DNA of 64,000 bases from an uncultured Geobacteraceae bacterium (GTDB taxonomy: Bacteria > Desulfobacterota > Desulfuromonadia > Desulfuromonadales > BM103). Shown piece by piece: positions 19,574-28,919 of the stretch. The translations under genes were made by a program, and so were the position numbers. The stretch's first letter is position 1. Every line of letters starts with the position of its first letter. Below the pieces are notes generated by a model that saw only the letters and a list, made by a program, of their open reading frames with translations, was not told where the DNA came from and searched no databases. Location: contig CAZXBD010000202.1 in NCBI GenBank assembly GCA_964638305.1, forward strand, positions 14,565-78,564, given 5' to 3'.

Positions 19574-21334
19574 GTGCACGGCTGGACCGGAAAAATACTG
19601 ACGGTCAACCTGACCGAACAAACAACTGACGAACTGATACTCCACCCGGATGTTTACGTGCGTAACATCGGTGGCAAGGGGTTGTCCGGTGAATTGCTGT
19701 TTGAACATTTCTGCCATACATGGGATGACCCGCAGATGCCTCTGGCATTCATGACGGGACCGCTGAACAATACATCTTCGCCGACATCGGGGCGTATGAC
19801 AGTCATGTCCCGCTCCCCGCTGACCGGGGCCGTATGTGATGCATCTGTCGGAGGTAAACTGGGAACGGTCCTCAAGCGAGCTGGATACGACGGTGTTGTC
19901 GTGACGGGCAAGAGCGATGACTGGTGTGGTCTGAGCATCAGTGAAAACGGTGTTGCTTTCCGCAACGCGGCACATCTGGCGGGTCTTCCGGTGCCTGACA
20001 TCCAATCGCAGTTGTCAGCAGTACCCGGTATGCAAAACGGCGCCCATGCCATGGTGGGCCCGGCCGCAGAAAACGGCGTGCGTTATGCCGCTATTGTGTT
20101 CGACGGCCATTACTTTGCCGGACGTGGCGGGCTAGGCCTGGTGATGGCAGAGAAAAAACTGAAATTTATCTCTGTCAGCGGCAGCCTTAAAACCGAAGTG
20201 TTCGACCGCGATGAACTGAAGGCGGCGCAGGAGGAGATATACCGGCTGGTTTCCGCATCCCCAGTGCTCACAGGGGATTTGGGTATCACCAACTACGGGA
20301 CCGGAGCCCTGTATGACCTGATGCGTAGCCGTCGGATGATGCCTACAAATAATTTCCGGCAAACATATTTTGAGCACTCGCCGTCGATGAATGCTTATGC
20401 CTATAAAAAACATTACGACACAAAAAAATTCGGCTGTGCCGGATGCCATATCCTGTGCAAAAAGGTCGGCGCTAAGGGGGAGGTCATCCCGGAGTTTGAG
20501 ACAATGTCCCACTTCAGCGCATTGGTAGGCAACGCGGACCTGGATGCGGTTGTTGCTGCCAACCGGATATGTAACGAGGCGGGAATGGATACTATTTCCG
20601 CCGCTGTCGCTCTTGCGACTTATGCGGAAATAACCGGACAAGAAATTACCCCGGAAAAACTTTTGGGGATGCTCGAAAATATAGCTTCAGGTCGGGGAGA
20701 CGGTGCTGCGCTTGGTCAGGGGGCCTTGCGTTTTGCCAAAGAGTCCGGCCGACCGGAAGCCGCTATGGTCTCAAAGGGATTGGAGTTCCCCGCATATGAC
20801 CCCCGGGGCGCCCACGGCATGGCGTTGGCTTATGCAACCTCAACCCGTGGCGGTTGCCACCTGCGGGCGTATCCTGTCTCCCATGAGATATTACGTAAGC
20901 CCGTCGCAACGGACCGGTTTTCATTGAGCGGCAAGGCGCGAATTATCAAGATAAGTGAAGATATGAATGCGGTGGTCGACTCACTGACTGCCTGTAAGTT
21001 TCTGTTCTTTGCCGCATCTCTGGAAGAATACGCCCGGGCACTGAATGGTGTCACCGGGATAAAGACTTCCGCACAGGAACTGCTCAAGGTCGGAGAGCGT
21101 ATCTACTACCGTGAACGTATCATGAACGCCCGTAACGGCTTCGCCGCCGATGACGACGACATTCCTGTGCGCTTTTTTAAGGAAAGCGGCAGCAGTAGCG
21201 AGTCTATCCGTGTTGCGCCGATCAACAGGAGTGAATTTTTACAGGAACGGGCGGCTTATTATCGCATCCGGGGGCTTGATGAAAAGGGTATGCCGACACC
21301 GGGAAAATGCGAAGAGCTGGGGCTGTCATGCTGA
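19574..21334 (+). CDS. aor: tungsten-dependent aldehyde:ferredoxin oxidoreductase family protein
   Basis: Motifs GWTGKILTVNL, SRSPLTG, AGRGGLG, CAGCHILC, EFET, DTIS, YDPRG and DSLTAC. GTG start after GAGGTG. Confidence 0.93.
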   Translation: MHGWTGKILTVNLTEQTTDELILHPDVYVRNIGGKGLSGELLFEHFCHTWDDPQMPLAFMTGPLNNTSSPTSGRMTVMSRSPLTGAVCDASVGGKLGTVLKRAGYDGVVVTGKSDDWCGLSISENGVAFRNAAHLAGLPVPDIQSQLSAVPGMQNGAHAMVGPAAENGVRYAAIVFDGHYFAGRGGLGLVMAEKKLKFISVSGSLKTEVFDRDELKAAQEEIYRLVSASPVLTGDLGITNYGTGALYDLMRSRRMMPTNNFRQTYFEHSPSMNAYAYKKHYDTKKFGCAGCHILCKKVGAKGEVIPEFETMSHFSALVGNADLDAVVAANRICNEAGMDTISAAVALATYAEITGQEITPEKLLGMLENIASGRGDGAALGQGALRFAKESGRPEAAMVSKGLEFPAYDPRGAHGMALAYATSTRGGCHLRAYPVSHEILRKPVATDRFSLSGKARIIKISEDMNAVVDSLTACKFLFFAASLEEYARALNGVTGIKTSAQELLKVGERIYYRERIMNARNGFAADDDDIPVRFFKESGSSSESIRVAPINRSEFLQERAAYYRIRGLDEKGMPTPGKCEELGLSC

Positions 21335-22515
21335 AATTGCTGAACAAGTATGAGGAGAAGTTGGTTGCCCACGGATTGTGCTCCTCCGGCGCGCCGTTGG
21401 TCGGCGGGATTAACGATACTGTTATCTGGAACCGCGAAGATCCCTTGGCTGAAGAATTGGAAAAAATCATCGGTGGCCTGAATATAAACAGCATGATCTT
21501 TGCCCGTCCAGTGGAGCCTTTTTTCAGCATCCTGAACTATCACTGCCGCCGCAGCGATACCGAGTTTGTCCCCGAAGATACCGAGACCCGTACCTTCCTC
21601 CATTCAATCCCCGTGGCTCGTTCAATGGCTGCGACAGAGATTATCCCGCTGCTGCAAAAACGCAAAGGTTGTGTGGTCGAGGGGCATGGGATAATCGCTT
21701 TCGGAACTGTCAGCCCGGAGCAGGCATTTGTGGTGTTCAGTTCCATTATCTTTTCTGCGTTCGTCAAGTTCTTTGTAGATTATGCTTATTCTCTCCACGC
21801 CGGGATTACGGATGAGGAAGCAGGAAAAATGATGCCGGACGTTCTGGCCGCATATGAACAGTTTTTACCGGACAGCACAGAAGCAGACCTTGAAACGGGT
21901 TTTTTTTCAGAGGATGATGATATTGTCAGGGCAATGGTCCATGCAGGGCAGGCGACGGTTGACGCGCGGATGGTCGATTCGTTCTTCGGAAATATTTCAT
22001 ACTTTGTAAATGATACCGTGTATATCAGCCAGACGGGATCGTCTATGGACGAACTTGAGGGCTGTGTCGACGCTTGCCCCCTCGATGACTCCGCCAGCAC
22101 AGGGATCACTGCTTCCAGCGAACTGGTGGCGCATCGTGATATATATCTGGGTGGAGGCAACCGGGCGATACTCCACGGGCACCCTAAATTCAGTGTGATC
22201 ATGTCGATGCTGTGTTTTGAGGAAGAGTGTGAGTACAGGGGGAAATGTCACATTAAATGTGACAAAGAGCGCTTTGTGGACGATATTCCGGTGATTCCCG
22301 GCGAAGTAGGTACCGGGCCAAGAGGGCTTAGCAATACACTCCCTCCCGCAGTGCAGGGCCGTCGGGGGGCAATCGTATATGGACACGGTGTCTTTACTGT
22401 CGGCAAAAAAGATTTCCGTGACCCATTTGCCAATCTCTCAGAGATTGAGAAGTTGTGCCGGGATGCCTATCTGAAGATTATCTCTGGCTCTTCTGGAGTC
22501 TCACCGCAAAGTTAA
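21328..22515 (+). CDS. class II aldolase/adducin family protein (tandem domain)
   Basis: The C-terminal half has GNIS, ASSELVAH, LHGHP and GHGVFTVG. The N-terminal half has a partial repeat (GHGIIAFG). It overlaps the AOR stop. Confidence 0.85.
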   Translation: MLKLLNKYEEKLVAHGLCSSGAPLVGGINDTVIWNREDPLAEELEKIIGGLNINSMIFARPVEPFFSILNYHCRRSDTEFVPEDTETRTFLHSIPVARSMAATEIIPLLQKRKGCVVEGHGIIAFGTVSPEQAFVVFSSIIFSAFVKFFVDYAYSLHAGITDEEAGKMMPDVLAAYEQFLPDSTEADLETGFFSEDDDIVRAMVHAGQATVDARMVDSFFGNISYFVNDTVYISQTGSSMDELEGCVDACPLDDSASTGITASSELVAHRDIYLGGGNRAILHGHPKFSVIMSMLCFEEECEYRGKCHIKCDKERFVDDIPVIPGEVGTGPRGLSNTLPPAVQGRRGAIVYGHGVFTVGKKDFRDPFANLSEIEKLCRDAYLKIISGSSGVSPQS

Positions 22516-22738
22516 TTTCCTGGCATGCTGTACACCGCCTGCGACCTGACCTTTTTGATTCTCAAAAAGTTGCTGAACAGACCTTTGGCTATTGATAATC
22601 TATATAACGATACCAAGACTAAAAATGAACTACTGTAGTTGATATGTCACTGAAGATTCTCATAAGTCACGACTTCTGAGACGGAAATCGGCTTCTTGTT
22701 GATAGAGGTATTCAGTAAGCTGTTTAATCAACAAAACT

Positions 22739-22773
22739 ATGGCCACCAGGGTTCGATCCGGGTGGCCATTTTT
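22739..22773 (+). terminator. intrinsic terminator (ATGGCCAC/GTGGCCAT hairpin family)
   Basis: ATGGCCAC-N15-GTGGCCAT-TTTT. Confidence 0.65.
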
Positions 22774-22819
22774 CGTTCTAATTTGGTTACAAACTATCGA
22801 ACCAATTGTTTTCATGTTA

Positions 22820-23089
22820 TTAGTGCGTCAAATCTCTTTTCTTCTGAAAAAAATCATCCTGATCAATTTCACCAGCTGCGTATCGTTGTTCAAGAATAGA
22901 CAAGGCTGAAGGCTTATTAACATCTTGATTGCTGTTTTTTTGTCTGCTTGAAGTTAGGGTGCGAATCAGGGTGAAGAGCAAGAAGAGACCTACGGCCCAA
23001 AAGATAAAAGGGAAAAAGCCACCAAAATGCATCCCGTAAAAAATCCCATCTGGGCCACAAAACCAATTACCGAAAGTATTTGAATGCAT
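22820..23089 (-). CDS. SHOCT-domain membrane protein
   Basis: A TM helix followed by ALSILEQRYAAGEIDQDDF. RBS GGGAGG. Confidence 0.85.
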   Translation of the reverse strand: MHSNTFGNWFCGPDGIFYGMHFGGFFPFIFWAVGLFLLFTLIRTLTSSRQKNSNQDVNKPSALSILEQRYAAGEIDQDDFFQKKRDLTH

Positions 23090-23128
23090 AATGCCTCCCC
23101 AACTGTTTGACGATTCGCAAAAGCTTTC

Positions 23129-23254
23129 TTAATGTTGACTATGTCCGCACTGATGATCATGTCCATGCCATGGATGGAAGAGACCGCACCCACCCAATGT
23201 AAAAATTGAAGTTAAGAGGAATAATGCGATGAGTAGTTTTGCTAATGCTTTCAT
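23129..23254 (-). CDS. 41-aa His-rich lipoprotein
   Basis: RBS AAGGAGG, lipobox LGG-C, and mature part CGLFHPWHGHDHQCGHSQH. Confidence 0.65.
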   Translation of the reverse strand: MKALAKLLIALFLLTSIFTLGGCGLFHPWHGHDHQCGHSQH

Positions 23255-23521
23255 AACTACCTCCTTTAGCTTTGAGGGTTTGACGTATGAAGGAGGAAAT
23301 AGTTTACAGCTAAGCAAATATTTATGAAACTGAATTAATTGTTTTTTGGCTTAAGGTTCTCACAAATCACGACTAACAGTAATCCCTGCAACCCAACGAA
23401 CAGTATTCTTATATATATTCTCGCAACTCATTCTTGGATCACCTAAGGATATTTAGAACACCAAAAACAACACTTACCCTTCAGGAGAAATCTTTGTCTC
23501 TGGCAGCGCCCCTACGGGCTA

Positions 23522-24613
23522 TCAACGAGGAACAGAACCATCGGGCATCTTTCTTCCACCAAGGCGAACCCATAACTGACTGAACCAGTACCAAGGTTTG
23601 CCATGTGGACCAGATGCCGTCAGGGTGTACTTACTGCGTCTTCCGGAGAGTGGTTGCGACGCTTCTACCTCATACAGCCCTTCCCCCTCATTCAACAGCC
23701 TGATCTGGCACTCCGATGGCCCCGGCACGAAACAGCGCAGAGAGCTTTTGTCAACACTCTCCTGCTTCATGTAAAACCTCAACTTTGGTGGGTTTTCATC
23801 CATAATTACAGTGCTTTGAGGATCCACAATATCGACAGACAAGGCTTTCATAAAGAGCTTGTCACGGAACCCCGCTATAGAAACATAATCACCACCAACA
23901 GGGAATCGCGGCAGATAAAATGGATCCTGTTCCGCAGTCACAACACCAGACTGTTGGCCAAAAGCCGCCTGAAAACCGGACGCTTTGACCAGGGCGACCA
24001 ATTCCGGAGAGAATTCACCATAGGGATAGGCAAACAACTTGGGAGAGAACCCCAGATGATCCTCAAAGGCCTGTTGTGAGAGACGCAGATCGGCAGTTAC
24101 ACGCAAAGCCCACTCATCATCGTTCTCACCATCCAGCCTGTTGAGCAGATAGGCATGGCCGGCGGAGTGGTTGCCTATTTCAACCCCCTCCTTCTGAAGA
24201 GATCGGAGCTCCCGCCAGGCAAGGAAATCTCCGCCGCCAACCGTATCAGTGCTGACAAAGAGAGTGACGGGGTAACCGTACTGCCTGAGCAATGGCCAGC
24301 CATCAGTGAGAAATGAACGATAAGCATCATCAACGGTAATGACCGCGCAACGTTGCGGGAGAGCTGTACCCGTTCGTAAATTTTCAACAACCTGGCCAAG
24401 CGTGAGCACTGTGAACTGCTTCTGTTTGAGCAGCTCCAGCTGAGCTCGAAAATCCTCAAGAGCAATGTTAGTCGAGGAATAACGGGAATCGTTAAAACGA
24501 TGATAAACAAAGACATTTGCCTGATCAGCAAAAGCAGGTTGACCCAACAAAAGCATAACAACCAGCGTGAACAGGAAAGGACTCCACCAGCAACTATGGC
24601 TTGCCCTTGTCAC
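23522..24613 (-). CDS. exported polysaccharide deacetylase (CE4)
   Basis: Motifs YHRF, ITVDDAY, GNHSAGH and FAYPYGE, with a signal peptide ending PAFA. The start is uncertain. Confidence 0.9.
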   Translation of the reverse strand: MTRASHSCWWSPFLFTLVVMLLLGQPAFADQANVFVYHRFNDSRYSSTNIALEDFRAQLELLKQKQFTVLTLGQVVENLRTGTALPQRCAVITVDDAYRSFLTDGWPLLRQYGYPVTLFVSTDTVGGGDFLAWRELRSLQKEGVEIGNHSAGHAYLLNRLDGENDDEWALRVTADLRLSQQAFEDHLGFSPKLFAYPYGEFSPELVALVKASGFQAAFGQQSGVVTAEQDPFYLPRFPVGGDYVSIAGFRDKLFMKALSVDIVDPQSTVIMDENPPKLRFYMKQESVDKSSLRCFVPGPSECQIRLLNEGEGLYEVEASQPLSGRRSKYTLTASGPHGKPWYWFSQLWVRLGGRKMPDGSVPR

Positions 24614-26084
24614 TTCGCGGCTGCTTGACTTTTGACCGCAGGTAACGGCGAATACTGTTGCGTGCACGCGGTGTAACGGCCCACTCCAGCCATTTAGGCA
24701 AGACTGTCGGGCGGTCGGCGGTTTCGACATCGACTTGATCTCCATCCATCAGACGGGCTTTAAGTTGACGGGTTTTACCATTTATACGAACGCGCACAGC
24801 GCGTAACCCCAGCTGTTCATGGATATCAAAAGCAAAGTCCAGGGCGCTGCTTCCTTCCGGTAGCGAGCGGACATCTCCCAATGGCGTGTAAACCTGGATC
24901 GAAGCAGAGGCCAATCGCAGACTTTCCATGTCGAAAGCCGACTCACCCTCAATCAGTGACTGCATCAGGTCTTCAAATTTCGAGCTCCTGAATTCAAACC
25001 CTGGCGCCAAGACCCCCGATTCGTTAAACCGGGAAAGCTTGCGGGTGGTTATTTCTACCCGCAAACGGACCTCACCGGCCTGAACACTGGTCTTTAATGC
25101 CTGGTAACCATATTGTGACGGCGTATGCAGGTGGTCACGCAACTTCCCGGGTATCGGCGGGTACAGACGATGCAACAGTCCGAGAGCATGATAGGCGTCC
25201 ATGGAACGATCAACCAGAATGTCCAGAGTATAGAGCGCCGGAAGGCCGCGAATAGTCGTCCGCGCGGCGGCAATGGAAAACGGCCGCCAGCGATCCCTGG
25301 CCAAAGCGTCTATTTTGTAATGTTCAAGAATGTTGTGCACTTCGGAACGAATCCGACCAAGGGTGGCTTCATGATTCTGGCGCAACTCGTTGACAGCAAT
25401 ATCGTAGCGTTCGGCCCGGGTCGGGTAGAGGATTGTCAGTGAAAGTGCATCGAGTTGCGTGGCAACACGACCCATGCCAAGATGTCTCGCTAAGGGGACG
25501 TAAATAGTACGTGTCTCTTCGGCAATCAGACGTTGCTTTTCCGGATTCAGGGCCTGAATGGTTTGCAGGTTATCAATCCGGTCCCAGAATTTCAGGCAAA
25601 GAACCCTGATATCCCTTACCGCCAGCAGAACCTGTTTGCGATACGTCTGTTCTTTAAGAACATCGCGACTGAGGAGATGATCGTCAACCTTGGTCAGGCC
25701 ATCGACCAGAAGGCCGATTTCCATACCGAAGACTTCGCTGATATCTTCCAGGGTCGTCGGTGTGTCTTCAACAACATCATGCAGGAGCGCAGAGATAACG
25801 GAAGCAAAATCCATCCAGTGACGAGCGGCCATATGAGCGACCCGCAGCGGGTGGAAAAAGTATGGTTCTCCAGACTTTCGCACCTGTCGACGGTGGGCCT
25901 CCAGCGCTAGATCTATCGCCTTTTGCAGATCATCAATCGATTTATCAAGAATGCTCTCGCTGAGGCTGCCGCCATAATGCGTGACCAATAGCTCCATGAT
26001 CTCATTGATCAGGCGCTGCTGGCGCTTGTCATCATATTTTTCCGGCGCATCGGGCGGGGCTATCGGTTGACGAATACTGTCCAC
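24594..26084 (-). CDS. short RelA/SpoT homologue: HD hydrolase + degenerate synthetase + TGS
   Basis: Motifs RKSGEPYFFHP, ALLHDVVED and KFWDRIDN, plus TGS VYTPLGD..LPEGSSALDFA. No ZFD or ACT domain. Confidence 0.88.
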   Translation of the reverse strand: MDSIRQPIAPPDAPEKYDDKRQQRLINEIMELLVTHYGGSLSESILDKSIDDLQKAIDLALEAHRRQVRKSGEPYFFHPLRVAHMAARHWMDFASVISALLHDVVEDTPTTLEDISEVFGMEIGLLVDGLTKVDDHLLSRDVLKEQTYRKQVLLAVRDIRVLCLKFWDRIDNLQTIQALNPEKQRLIAEETRTIYVPLARHLGMGRVATQLDALSLTILYPTRAERYDIAVNELRQNHEATLGRIRSEVHNILEHYKIDALARDRWRPFSIAAARTTIRGLPALYTLDILVDRSMDAYHALGLLHRLYPPIPGKLRDHLHTPSQYGYQALKTSVQAGEVRLRVEITTRKLSRFNESGVLAPGFEFRSSKFEDLMQSLIEGESAFDMESLRLASASIQVYTPLGDVRSLPEGSSALDFAFDIHEQLGLRAVRVRINGKTRQLKARLMDGDQVDVETADRPTVLPKWLEWAVTPRARNSIRRYLRSKVKQPRSDKGKP

Positions 26085-26243
26085 TTAACAATACTTTCAG
26101 ACAGGGGTTTATATGGCTCCTGAACCCGTTAGAAAACTACCGGCGAAGAATTGCCAACAGATTCGCACAGGGCCCAGATGATATTAAAACAGAAAGGGCG
26201 GCCTCGCAACAAGGTTACGATTCAAAACATTATAAACGTGCCA

Positions 26244-26591
26244 TTACCCAGGGGGCCAGGTCATATCCCGGCCTCCGAGCAGATGAAAATGGATGTGCCA
26301 AACCACTTGGCCGCCACCTTCATTACAGTTATTGACAATTCGGAAACCCTCTTCGGAAAACCCTCTATCATGGGCAATTTTCCCGGCCACCTGAAAGATA
26401 TGTCCAATTAATTCATTGTCTGCTGTCGTCAGATCAAGAGTTGTACGGATATGCTTGCGAGGCACGATCAGAATATGACAGGGGGCCTGCGGATTAATAT
26501 CTTCAATAGCGACGATTTTCTCATCCTGGTAAATGAACTTTCCGGGGATTTCCCCCGAGATGATTTTACAAAAGATGCATTTGTCCGGCAT
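26244..26591 (-). CDS. histidine triad (HIT/HinT) nucleotide-binding protein
   Basis: Motifs CIFCKI and HIHFHLLGG. Confidence 0.95.
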   Translation of the reverse strand: MPDKCIFCKIISGEIPGKFIYQDEKIVAIEDINPQAPCHILIVPRKHIRTTLDLTTADNELIGHIFQVAGKIAHDRGFSEEGFRIVNNCNEGGGQVVWHIHFHLLGGRDMTWPPG

Positions 26592-28737
26592 GCTCTCCTC
26601 CTTCCTCAATGATTGTATCAACGGAGTCCACGTTCAGGGGAACGACGTGCCAACGTTCACGAGCAGCACGTTTACCTAAATCTAAATTATGACTGAAGAG
26701 GATCAATTGTCCATCCGCCGAAGCCAGATCAACGAGATTGAGCGTTGTCGCCAGTCGCTTCTGATCGAGGTGAACAAACGGGTCGTCAAGCATTAGAGGC
26801 AGAGAGCGCCCGTCGTCGCGGACTTTTGCAAGGGCAACACGCAACGCCAGATAAACCGCGTCAGTCGTCCCTCTACTGAAGTTCTCAACGGGCATCCAAC
26901 GCCTGCCATCGACATGAACCGAAGGTGTCATATTCTCATCAAGCTTTAACGCCGGATAGCGCCCGCCGGTAATTTTACTAAAAAGCTTACTTGCTTCTTC
27001 GTTCAAACCGGCCAGATGTGCCCGGCCGAATTCATCGACTGCGTCAGCGAGCAGTGTGATGGCTTTGCGCAAAATGGCTATGCGCTCTTCCAGGGCCCGT
27101 TTGCGTTTATAAAGAGGGGAGTCATCGCTAGTCGCTCCGGGATGTTGAGCAGAAGAAGATTGCCTAGCTTGAGACTTTAACTCATGCAAACGCAACTCTT
27201 TGTTCTTTAATTCCTCCGCAAATTCTGCCATACGGGCATCAAGTTGTCGCAGTTCCTGTTCCGTATCTTCAATCTCCGTTGAATCCCCGGCGTCATGAAT
27301 CTCTTCGCAAACGCTTGTGCCAGTGTCCTCATGGACCTCGTCACCTGCGACTGGCGAATCACCGTGTTTCCACCAGGCTTCAAGCAGCTCATGATGCTTG
27401 GTGACAAGTTTTTGCAATCGGACCAGATCAATCGCGGAGGAAGGCAAGCGAAGAGCTTCACAGCGCTCACTCAGTTCTGCCTGCATCTTCTGGGCTGCCA
27501 GCTTTTTCTGATCAAGCCGGTTACGCTCTTTACAACACTCATCTAGGGCCTTTTTCCTGACCATGTAACGCCAGCCACCCCAGCTGAGCAGCAGGGCGCA
27601 ACCCGCCAGGGAACCAAGAGGAATCCAGAAAGGTTGAAAGCTTCGCCACCAAGCAACCGCAGCAGTTGCACCAAGAAAAACGGATACGCCACAAAGAGCC
27701 AACCAGGGGAACAGGGGAATCTTTTTTTCGCGGCTGTTAAGAAGTGCGAATGGTTGCTGCAGTGCAGCGAGTTCCTTCCTGATTTTTGCAGCTTCGGACA
27801 ATACCTCAGGTAATTCTCTGGGCAAGACAGGCGGCAAACCGACAGCGACAAGCTGGTCGGACAAAGAGCCCTTGCCAACCGGTGGTTTCCCGGCTTCCGG
27901 TTTCTTCTCAACCACAGCAGGAGAGGATTCTTCCGGTTTTTCGTTCAGCCGTTTGCGAACATGCTCAACATAGCGCAGTCCTTTTTCGTATTCCTGGCGA
28001 TCATCCGCCAATTCATCGGCAAGTTTTTCTATCTGCGCATCGGTATCAGCAAGGTTGTCGATTTCAACGAAAACGGGAACGGGAACGGATAAGGCAGGCG
28101 CGGTCTCACCCTGCTCGGCCAACTGTTGGCAGACTTCTTCGTATTCACGGTCTTTTTGTTTGTCACGACCCCAGGGATTGTCGCTCGTAAGTTGAAAATG
28201 CTCATCAAGAAGATCATCAAGGATTTTCGCATAATCCGTTTCCGCCGTACCACTGACCAGGGAACGAAGTTTCTGGGCCAGCTCTTCGCCGCTCCACTCC
28301 TGCGGATGGTGGCCAAAGAAATAAGTGGCCCGGAACAAACGCTCATCTGAGAGGCCTAACAGAGACTCGATCAAGGCGCGATATTCACGACAAGTAGCAC
28401 TACGTCCTCGCAACGGGACTTTCCCGGAAAATTGCGACAAGACATGGTACAGGTCATCCTTTTCAACCAGTTCAACTTCATCTGTCACCAGATTGCGCTT
28501 GACCTGGATCGTACGGTCCGGCCCCTCAAAAAAGAGAGATGCTGAACAGACGCTACGCCCCCAGGGTTGAAACATTTCCAGGCGATCAGTGCCAAACAGC
28601 ACAGCGGGAACAGCCTCAGAGAGGGTTGATTTACCCGCCTCATTGGGCCCGATCACCAGGTTCATCCCACGTCGAAACTCTATGACCTGACCGCGGAATC
28701 GACCGAAGTTTTCCAATTCTACACTGCGCAATATCAT
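26566..28737 (-). CDS. SbcC/Rad50/YhaN-like coiled-coil ABC ATPase with a central hydrophobic hairpin
   Basis: Walker A GPNEAGKST, signature FSRGT, Walker B LMLDDPF and H-loop FSH, with coiled coils and two TM-like segments. Confidence 0.88.
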   Translation of the reverse strand: MILRSVELENFGRFRGQVIEFRRGMNLVIGPNEAGKSTLSEAVPAVLFGTDRLEMFQPWGRSVCSASLFFEGPDRTIQVKRNLVTDEVELVEKDDLYHVLSQFSGKVPLRGRSATCREYRALIESLLGLSDERLFRATYFFGHHPQEWSGEELAQKLRSLVSGTAETDYAKILDDLLDEHFQLTSDNPWGRDKQKDREYEEVCQQLAEQGETAPALSVPVPVFVEIDNLADTDAQIEKLADELADDRQEYEKGLRYVEHVRKRLNEKPEESSPAVVEKKPEAGKPPVGKGSLSDQLVAVGLPPVLPRELPEVLSEAAKIRKELAALQQPFALLNSREKKIPLFPWLALCGVSVFLGATAAVAWWRSFQPFWIPLGSLAGCALLLSWGGWRYMVRKKALDECCKERNRLDQKKLAAQKMQAELSERCEALRLPSSAIDLVRLQKLVTKHHELLEAWWKHGDSPVAGDEVHEDTGTSVCEEIHDAGDSTEIEDTEQELRQLDARMAEFAEELKNKELRLHELKSQARQSSSAQHPGATSDDSPLYKRKRALEERIAILRKAITLLADAVDEFGRAHLAGLNEEASKLFSKITGGRYPALKLDENMTPSVHVDGRRWMPVENFSRGTTDAVYLALRVALAKVRDDGRSLPLMLDDPFVHLDQKRLATTLNLVDLASADGQLILFSHNLDLGKRAARERWHVVPLNVDSVDTIIEEGGEHAGQMHLL

Positions 28738-28919
28738 GAGGAATCGCCTTCCATGGCCTGAAATCGCTGCATGAGCAACTGCAGTGCGCCCTCCAAGAGA
28801 GCCAATTCGCCACTATCGGCATGCTCTGCCTGCTCCAGGACCATGCGGACGAGTACGCCACGAACACTCTCTTCCCGAGACAGAGCCTCTATGTGCGCAC
28901 TACCCAGTAAACGCATCAT
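28734..28919 (-). CDS. 61-aa helical protein resembling the C-terminal tail of SbcD/YhaO nucleases
   Basis: It overlaps both neighbours by 4 nt and has amphipathic helices (REESVRGVLVR; LLEGALQLL). Confidence 0.6.
   Translation of the reverse strand: MMRLLGSAHIEALSREESVRGVLVRMVLEQAEHADSGELALLEGALQLLMQRFQAMEGDSS

Noticed and set aside
21300-21334. Selenocysteine readthrough at TGA stops of redox genes (AOR, OFOR alpha, rhodanese)
   Set aside because: The proteins are full length, and the AOR and OFOR alpha stops overlap the next gene's start. No SECIS-like hairpin was recognised.
22748-22761. GGTTCGATCC as a tRNA T loop
   Set aside because: No cloverleaf surrounds it. It is the interior of a terminator hairpin.
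26566-28737. Anti-phage SMC system (Wadjet or Lamassu)
   Set aside because: No JetA/B/D or effector nuclease genes are present. It is embedded in a housekeeping-like operon and has a YhaN-like architecture.
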